DNA from: Methanothermococcus sp. Ax23
Lineage (GTDB): Archaea > AGJL01 > Methanococci > Methanococcales > Methanococcaceae
DNA length: 64,000 bases
Assembly: GCF_049075655.1 (NCBI RefSeq)
Contig: NZ_CP157522.1
Span: 1,472,001 to 1,536,000, forward strand
Reading direction: 5' to 3'
Made by a program: the position numbers and the translations under genes. The notes beneath the pieces were generated by a model. That model was not told the DNA's origin. It searched no databases and worked only from the letters and a program-made list of their open reading frames with translations. Below are positions 57,019 through 64,000 of this stretch, in pieces (the first letter of the stretch is position 1; each line of letters starts with the position of its first letter).

Positions 57019-59046
57019 TTATGTAATTACTGAATTTAATGCTTTTATAAATTCCTTCCCTTCATATTCTTTAATTTCATATAATTTTAAATCATCATCA
57101 ATTAAATCGTAATTTATTTTTATATTTGGTTTTTTATCATCGATAAAGCCCTTTAAAATCTCCTTTAAGCATTCCCAATCGTTGTAAAAGTATTCCATTA
57201 ATAAAGGTATTATTTCGTTATACCAAACAAATCTTAAATCATCTATATCTTTAACATTTAAAAAGTATGAATGCCCTATTCTGTGGTCTCTATCTTTTAA
57301 AAGTGTTATTTTAGTGTTTATTGTCTCCAATAGTTTTTTAAGGAATTCATCATTTCCTAATCTTTTGAACATTTTTTCAATGTCTTTTTTAGTGTTATTA
57401 AATTCCTCATCGTCGCATTTATTTTTCCATATCTTAATTAAACTATCCTTTGTTATTAAATCATAGATTGGCTCTATTTCTAGAAATCCAAATCTTCGCC
57501 TTAATGCTGTATCTAATAAGGCAATGCTTTTATCCGCGGTGTTCATTGTTCCGATTATATATAAATTTGGTGGCACTGCAAAAGGTTCTTTTGAATAAGG
57601 TAATTCTACTATCATTCCACCATCTTCTCCCCCTAATCGTTTATCCTTTTCTAAAAGTGTTATCAATTCCCCTAAAATGTTTGATATGTTCCCTCTGTTT
57701 ATTTCGTCTATTATTAGGTAATATTTTGGTGCATCTTGGAAATCGTCTTTTGTTAGTTCTTTGTTTTTGATTGCGTTTATTACTTTTTGTTTTATTTGTT
57801 CATAGTCATTAATATTGTCAAATTTAATATTTCCTATTTTTATTGAATTTTGATGTTCTAATGAGTATTTATCTAAATATTCAATTTCAATTTTCTTTAA
57901 TTCTTCAAGTATGGGATAAATATAGGAACGGTTTGATGCTCTAATGTCTGATGGTCTATTGATGTTGTATCTATCTAGCCAAATGTCTCTTAGTGTGATA
58001 ATGTCGATAGTAATTATTTTGTTATGGTTTTTTTCTAAAATTATTTTTTCATTACTATACTCGTCTTCTTCTAAATAATCCTTAATTTTAAATGATATGC
58101 CTCTTACAGTATTAAATACGCTTTCAGGCGGATATTTTTCCTTAAAAATATTCATTAATGGAAAGAAGTGATTATTTTTTATAAAATATACAACAAATAA
58201 GTAATCCAATTTTTTATTAAATCTTTGTTCAAGTAAATATTTAAATTCTGCAAATTTATCCAACACTCGTTTATAATCCCCCCATTTCATGTCATCAGAA
58301 TATTCAAACTCAATATCTAAAAAGTTATAAGCGAAGTCTACAACATTTTCATCAATTAATATAAATTTGTCAGGATATATCTTACATAAAAATTCAGTTG
58401 CTGGCTCAATGTATTCAAAATATTTTAAAAATGAAGAAAATAATTTCTTATTGTTATTTTCAGTTAATGCTAACCTTAGTAACTCATTAATGCGGTCTTC
58501 TTCTGCAAACCACCAATGCCAATCTAAATGCCAAAAATTTAAACTATCTAAATATTCACCATCTATTTTTTCATCATTTTTAACTCTATTTAATATTTTA
58601 CTAAACTCTTTTTTAGTATTTTCATACTCCTTAATTAGTTCTTTACCTTTCTCCGTTTCTAAATAATCTTTAAATAAACAAATAAGAAAGTTTAACTCCT
58701 CACTTAATTTAGTATCATTTAAAAAGTATGTTAAAGTTGTCTGTATTTTATTGTATTTGTTCTTCAAAGCTTCCCAAATTGCCAAAATACACATTTTTTT
58801 AAATATTCCATCTTCAACTTCATAAATAATATTTTCCATTTCAGTTTTTGGTTTTAATCCTTCAATAAACTCTTCGTAGGCGAATGTCTGATGAAATGTA
58901 ATTATTTTACTATGATTTATTTGATTTTCAATAAATTTCTTCGCTAAATATGTCTTTCCAACCCCTGGAACTCCATATAAAATTATTTGCTTTTTTCTTT
59001 CTAAAATTTTATCCATTTTATCAAATATTTTATTTTCAAATTCCAT
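57019..59046 (-). CDS. mcrB: McrB-family AAA+ GTPase with large internal insertion
   Basis: GVPGVGKT, FHQTFAYEEFIEG, IIDEINRGN, MNTAD, ALRRRF, IGHSYF. Confidence 0.9.
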   Translation of the reverse strand: MEFENKIFDKMDKILERKKQIILYGVPGVGKTYLAKKFIENQINHSKIITFHQTFAYEEFIEGLKPKTEMENIIYEVEDGIFKKMCILAIWEALKNKYNKIQTTLTYFLNDTKLSEELNFLICLFKDYLETEKGKELIKEYENTKKEFSKILNRVKNDEKIDGEYLDSLNFWHLDWHWWFAEEDRINELLRLALTENNNKKLFSSFLKYFEYIEPATEFLCKIYPDKFILIDENVVDFAYNFLDIEFEYSDDMKWGDYKRVLDKFAEFKYLLEQRFNKKLDYLFVVYFIKNNHFFPLMNIFKEKYPPESVFNTVRGISFKIKDYLEEDEYSNEKIILEKNHNKIITIDIITLRDIWLDRYNINRPSDIRASNRSYIYPILEELKKIEIEYLDKYSLEHQNSIKIGNIKFDNINDYEQIKQKVINAIKNKELTKDDFQDAPKYYLIIDEINRGNISNILGELITLLEKDKRLGGEDGGMIVELPYSKEPFAVPPNLYIIGTMNTADKSIALLDTALRRRFGFLEIEPIYDLITKDSLIKIWKNKCDDEEFNNTKKDIEKMFKRLGNDEFLKKLLETINTKITLLKDRDHRIGHSYFLNVKDIDDLRFVWYNEIIPLLMEYFYNDWECLKEILKGFIDDKKPNIKINYDLIDDDLKLYEIKEYEGKEFIKALNSVIT

Positions 59047-59114
59047 ATTTTAACCCCTCTACATTTATAAAATGTTTATTTTTCATGCCTATTTGTTAAT
59101 TTCTATTTTATAAA

Positions 59115-59681
59115 TTATTTAACCTTATCAGAAATATCAGAATATGCCTTAACTTCCAAAAACTGAGCTATAAAAACCATTATTATACCAATACCAACAA
59201 TAGATAACAGAGCTCCGCAAAAATACAACTTACCAATTTTATTAAATACATCCATATTTACATATTTCGATAAATTTGTGTATGCTTTCTTTATAAAGTG
59301 AGCTCCTACTACAATAGACAAATATATTATTACACCAAAGATTAACAAATAAACCGCAGTATCAATGGTTAATAATTGCGGATTTGATAAATATTTCATA
59401 GCGGATGACCCAAACACAAATAAACTAAGAACAATACCGCTTACAAACAAAATATAAGCATATAGATAATTTTTAAAAATAGATTCATCGTTGTATTCTT
59501 TTGATAACTTTTTTAAAGTGATTAAAATCATAGAACACCCGATAATCGATAAAATTCCGCCAAAAGCATAGGATAATATATTTATAAAAGCCCCAAGATT
59601 TCCAAAATTGATTTTTTTCATATTCTCCCCCAATATTGTTAAAAAATAAAAAAATAAAATAAAAAAAATGATAGGTAGCAT
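59115..59681 (-). CDS. DUF996-like membrane protein (start probably MKKINF near 59621)
   Basis: LSKEYNDESIFKNYL; FNKIGKLYFCGALLSIVGIG. Confidence 0.7.
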   Translation of the reverse strand: MLPIIFFILFFYFLTILGENMKKINFGNLGAFINILSYAFGGILSIIGCSMILITLKKLSKEYNDESIFKNYLYAYILFVSGIVLSLFVFGSSAMKYLSNPQLLTIDTAVYLLIFGVIIYLSIVVGAHFIKKAYTNLSKYVNMDVFNKIGKLYFCGALLSIVGIGIIMVFIAQFLEVKAYSDISDKVK

Positions 59682-59694
59682 ATAATAGAATTAA

Positions 59695-61077
59695 TTAATA
59701 TGTTCTTGCAACTGCAATATACTCTTTTCCGTCGTATTCAGTAGTTCCAAGAACAGAAGCGTCTATTAAATCTTCAAACTCTTCGTTGTATATGCTTTCA
59801 TCATAAGGTATTAGGACCACTCCTTTTTTATCTGCAAGTGTTTCTTTTACCTTGTCTATGAGAGCTCCGCCATCATCTTCAATTATGGTGATGAATGAAT
59901 TTACTCTTTCACATGCTTTTTCTTTAATTGTTTCCATTATGGAGTTCATTATGTTGTTTATTTCATTTAGTAAATCGTCTTCATCTATTTGGAACTTTTC
60001 CCCAGAGTCTCTTCTATATAAAGTAATCTTTTTATTTTCTATATCCCTTGGACCCAATTCAATTCTAAGTGGAACTCCCCTTAATTCCCAGTCATTGAAC
60101 TTCCTACCCGGTCTTATGTCCCTATCGTCAAGTTTTACCCTGAATCCTTTTTCTTTTAATATTTTATAAATTTCTTTTGCCTTGTTCATTGCAATTTCTT
60201 CTTTTCCTTTAAACAATAGTGGAACAATTACTATTTGAATCGGTGCAACATTTGGCGGAAGTATGAGCCCTTTTTCATCTCCATGAAGTGCTATAATGGA
60301 GGCTATGACTCTATCGGATATACCGTAGCATGTTTGATAGGCATAGTCCTTTCCACCGTCTGCTGTTTCAAATTCCAATTCAAAGGTTTTTGCAAAATTC
60401 TGCCATAAATTATGGACTGTTCCTATTTGCATAGTTTTTCCATCTGGGAATATGGTATCAAATGCCATAGTGTATTCTGCACCTGGGAATTTATCCCATT
60501 CTGGTCTTTTTGATATGATTGTTGGAATGCCGAGCTCATCAAAGAAATTTTTATATATGCTTATTGCTTCCTTTACCTGATTTTCAGCATCTTCCTTTGT
60601 AGCATGGGCAGTATGTGCTTCCTTAAATGTCATGATTTCTCTTAATCTGATAAGAGGTCTTGTGTGCTTTGTTTCGTATCTAAATGTATTCACTATCTGA
60701 TAAACCTTTATTGGAAGGTCTGTATGCACTTTCATCCACAACTTCATCATATAGTATATTGATGTTTCAGAAGTAGGTCTTAAAGCAAGTTTAACATCAA
60801 GGGGCGTTGTTCCACCATGTGTCACCCAATAAACTTCATCTTCAAATCCTTTTATATGCTCCCCTTCCTTTGCAAGAAGGTCTTCTGGAATAAGCATTGG
60901 AAATAGTGCTTCGTCGTGCTCTGTTTCATCGAGCATGTTTCTTATTATTTCAAATGCGTATCTTCTTATTTTAAATCCATAAGGTAGATAAACACCGCAT
61001 CCTTTTATTGGATATCTTAAATCGTATATTTCCGCTCTTTCAAGTATATTTCCATACCATTCTGAGAAATTTTCCAC
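59695..61077 (-). CDS. proS: Proline-tRNA ligase (archaeal type)
   Basis: [31 protein letters not shown]-terminal ARTY. Confidence 0.97.
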   Translation of the reverse strand: MENFSEWYGNILERAEIYDLRYPIKGCGVYLPYGFKIRRYAFEIIRNMLDETEHDEALFPMLIPEDLLAKEGEHIKGFEDEVYWVTHGGTTPLDVKLALRPTSETSIYYMMKLWMKVHTDLPIKVYQIVNTFRYETKHTRPLIRLREIMTFKEAHTAHATKEDAENQVKEAISIYKNFFDELGIPTIISKRPEWDKFPGAEYTMAFDTIFPDGKTMQIGTVHNLWQNFAKTFELEFETADGGKDYAYQTCYGISDRVIASIIALHGDEKGLILPPNVAPIQIVIVPLLFKGKEEIAMNKAKEIYKILKEKGFRVKLDDRDIRPGRKFNDWELRGVPLRIELGPRDIENKKITLYRRDSGEKFQIDEDDLLNEINNIMNSIMETIKEKACERVNSFITIIEDDGGALIDKVKETLADKKGVVLIPYDESIYNEEFEDLIDASVLGTTEYDGKEYIAVARTY

Positions 61078-61354
61078 TGTTTCACCTATGTTGATTAATA
61101 TAGATTAATAATGTATTTCTCCAAACTGTAAAAATACATAAAATACATAAAAATGAAATACTAAATGAAAATATAAATAAAATATTATTTAAATTATTTA
61201 TAAATATACCTTATAATATATTATGCATCATAACATAAACAACTATTTTACAATATGTATATTTATTATGGTATTTTATTATAACATTTATTATAATCAT
61301 TATTTTAATAAAAAGGAAGAAAAAAGGAAAGAAAAAAGAATGAGAGGTATAAAC

Positions 61355-64000
61355 ATGTCAGTTGATTTTGTTAAAATTGCGGAAAAATGGCAAAAAAGAT
61401 GGGAAGAAGATAAAATATTTGAAGCGGATGCTGGAAATCCAGAAGAACCAAATAAAAACGAAAATAAATTTTACATAACTGCGGCATTTCCATACTTAAA
61501 CGGAGTTCTACATGCTGGGCATTTAAGGACTTTTACAATACCTGAAACAATTGCAAGATACCATAGAATGAAAAATAAAAATGTTCTATGGACTTTTGGA
61601 TACCATGTAAGTGGAACACCTATATTGGGATTAGCGGAGCTCATAAAAAAACAGGATGAGCACACAATTTGGGCATACAATACATTACACAATATACCGA
61701 TGGATGACCTATTAACATTAAATACGCCAGAAAATATTGTAGAATATTTCTCAAAAAGAGCTACTGAAGCCTTTAAAAAAATGGGATTCTCATTAGATTG
61801 GAGAAGAAACTTTAAAACTGATGATGAAACATTTAAAAAGTTCATAGAATGGCAGTTTTTAAAGTTAAAGGAAAAAGGATACATTAAAAAAGGCTCTCAC
61901 CCTGTGAGATACTGCCCAAGATGTGATAACCCTGTGGAAGACCACGACTTACTAAGGGGGGAAGAAGCAACACTTATTGAGTATGTGCTCTTGAAATTCA
62001 AAACAAAATTAAAACTAAAATTAGATGATGAAAACGAAGAAAAAGAAATAGAATGCATCATGCCTATGGCTACGCTTAGACCTGAAACAATATTTGGTGT
62101 AGTAAATGCTTGGATTAACCCAAATGAAACATATTATATAATAAAAGTTTACGATGAGATTCAAAACAGCGACAGCGAGGATATAACGCTAAAATACAAT
62201 GGTATATGGATTGTCAGTAAAGAAGCTTCCGAGAAGCTTAAAAATCAAGATAAAAAAGTAGAATTAATAAAGGAAATAAAAGGAAGTGAATTAGTTGGAA
62301 AAACTGTAATAAATCCTATTACAAACAAGGAAGTGCCACTATATCCTGCAACCTTTGTTGAAACAGAGATTGGAACAGGGTGTGTAATGAGTGTTCCAGC
62401 ACATGCTCCTTATGATTATGTTGCTTTAAGGGATTACTACAACAGCATCGGCAAGGAATTAAATGACGATGAATTAATATCACTTATAAAAATAGATGGA
62501 TATGGAAAATTCCCTGCAAAGGAAATTGTAGAAAAAATGAGAATAAAAGACCAAAAGGATGAGGAGAATTTAGAAAAGGCTACAAATAAAATCTACAAGG
62601 ATGAATTCCACAAAGGTATATTAAATGAAAACTGCGGAGAGTATGAAGGCATCGCTGTAAGGGATATAAAAGATAAACTTACAAAGGATTTAATTAACAA
62701 AGGCATAGCGGAAATTCTTTATGAATTCTCAGAACCTGATGTAGTTTGTAGATGTGGAACAAAATGTGTTGTAAAAACAGTTAAAGGGCAATGGTTTATT
62801 ACATACTCAGATGAGGAATGGAAGAAAAAGGCACATGAATGCGTAGATAAAATGAACTTCATCCCTGAATCCGTAAGAGTGGATTTCCACAATAAAATTG
62901 ACTGGATGAAGGACAAGGCATGTGCAAGGAAAAAAGGATTAGGAACAAGGTTTCCATTTGATAAAAATTGGATGATTGAAAGTCTTTCAGACAGTACCAT
63001 ATATATGGCATACTACACAATAGCAAAGACAATAAACACAAACAATATAAAACCTGAACAGCTTCTTCCAGAATTATTTGACTATGTATTCTTTGGAAAA
63101 GGGGATATAACGGAAGTTTCAAAAAACACAAATATAGATGTCGAGCTCATAGAGGAAATGAGAAAAGAATTTTTATACTACTATCCGTTGGATTGGAGAT
63201 GTTCGGCAAAAGACCTTGTGCCTAACCACTTAACATTTATGATATTTAACCATGTGGCATTGTTTGATGAGGAATTTTGGCCAAGGGGTATCGTTGTAAA
63301 TGGATATGTGACAATAGAGGGCAAAAAACTTTCAAAATCAAAAGGTCCTGTTCTTCCAGTAATGGAAGTTGCTGAAAAATATGGTCCTGATGTTGGAAGA
63401 TTCTATATCACCACCTGTGCCGAGCTCCCACAGGATGCTGATGTTAAGTTTAAAGAGATGGAAAAAGCTAGGGATAATTTAATTAAATTCTATGAATTAG
63501 CAATGGATGTAAAGGATATTGACAATAATTTAAATGAATTGGATGAATTATCGACAATTGATAAATGGTTATTGCATAGAGCTCATAATGCCATAAAGAT
63601 AGCAGATGAATCTTATGATACATTCCACCTTAGAAAAGTGGGAATATTGTTCTATGGTCTTATGAATGATTTAAGATGGTATAAGAGAAGAGGCGGAGAT
63701 AACAAGAACATATTAAGGGAAGTAATCGAAATATGGACAAAGATACTTGCACCTATGACACCCCATTTATGTGAAGAGATATGGGAGCTCCTTGGTAAAG
63801 ATGGATATGTATCAAAGGAATCATTCCCAGTGGCTGATGAAAAATATATCGATGAATCCCTTGACTTAGGAGAGGAGTTCATAAAATCCACAATGGAAGA
63901 CATAAGGAACATTATGGAAGTTGCAAAAATAAAACCAGAAAAAATATACCTATACACATCGGACGATTGGAAGTATGAGATTTTAAAAATTATGAATGAA
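61355..64000 (+). CDS. leuS: Leucine-tRNA ligase, truncated by the window end (missing from the ORF track)
   Basis: AAFPYLNGVLHAGH (HIGH), MATLRPET, GTGCVMSVPAHAP, KLSKSKG (KMSKS). Confidence 0.96.
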   Translation, partial: MSVDFVKIAEKWQKRWEEDKIFEADAGNPEEPNKNENKFYITAAFPYLNGVLHAGHLRTFTIPETIARYHRMKNKNVLWTFGYHVSGTPILGLAELIKKQDEHTIWAYNTLHNIPMDDLLTLNTPENIVEYFSKRATEAFKKMGFSLDWRRNFKTDDETFKKFIEWQFLKLKEKGYIKKGSHPVRYCPRCDNPVEDHDLLRGEEATLIEYVLLKFKTKLKLKLDDENEEKEIECIMPMATLRPETIFGVVNAWINPNETYYIIKVYDEIQNSDSEDITLKYNGIWIVSKEASEKLKNQDKKVELIKEIKGSELVGKTVINPITNKEVPLYPATFVETEIGTGCVMSVPAHAPYDYVALRDYYNSIGKELNDDELISLIKIDGYGKFPAKEIVEKMRIKDQKDEENLEKATNKIYKDEFHKGILNENCGEYEGIAVRDIKDKLTKDLINKGIAEILYEFSEPDVVCRCGTKCVVKTVKGQWFITYSDEEWKKKAHECVDKMNFIPESVRVDFHNKIDWMKDKACARKKGLGTRFPFDKNWMIESLSDSTIYMAYYTIAKTINTNNIKPEQLLPELFDYVFFGKGDITEVSKNTNIDVELIEEMRKEFLYYYPLDWRCSAKDLVPNHLTFMIFNHVALFDEEFWPRGIVVNGYVTIEGKKLSKSKGPVLPVMEVAEKYGPDVGRFYITTCAELPQDADVKFKEMEKARDNLIKFYELAMDVKDIDNNLNELDELSTIDKWLLHRAHNAIKIADESYDTFHLRKVGILFYGLMNDLRWYKRRGGDNKNILREVIEIWTKILAPMTPHLCEEIWELLGKDGYVSKESFPVADEKYIDESLDLGEEFIKSTMEDIRNIMEVAKIKPEKIYLYTSDDWKYEILKIMNE

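Noticed and set aside
61471-63957. Minus-strand ORFs in the track
   Set aside because: Antisense shadows of leuS

Overview
AT-rich (about 30% GC by eye) chromosome segment from a Methanococcales methanogen (Methanothermococcus / Methanococcus aeolicus-like). Evidence for this: methanogenesis marker 2, pstK, purO, taw1, L18a-aIF6-L31e-argB synteny and GGTGA RBSs. Housekeeping genes are modABC, bioW/F/D, chlI/D-cobN, queC, purO, pheA, pgk, mcm, ndk, purE, thiC, argB, proS and leuS. Accessory DNA includes a KAP-NTPase islet inside the bio operon, two tnpB-only IS200/IS605 copies plus a 318-bp derivative, an IS607-type element plus a miniature derivative, a decaying nitrogenase-like (nflDK-nifH2) cluster and an McrBC pair. 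The most unusual signals are not genes. (1) The palindrome GAGCTC is iterated about 80 times (eye count) in all reading frames, resembling a cyanobacterial HIP1-type highly iterated palindrome. (2) A family of 40-60 bp double-hairpin mini-elements with covarying stems is inserted into genes (in and out of frame), into IS ends and between genes. (3) An A9 slippery site joins chlI to the vWA ORF by a -1 frameshift.
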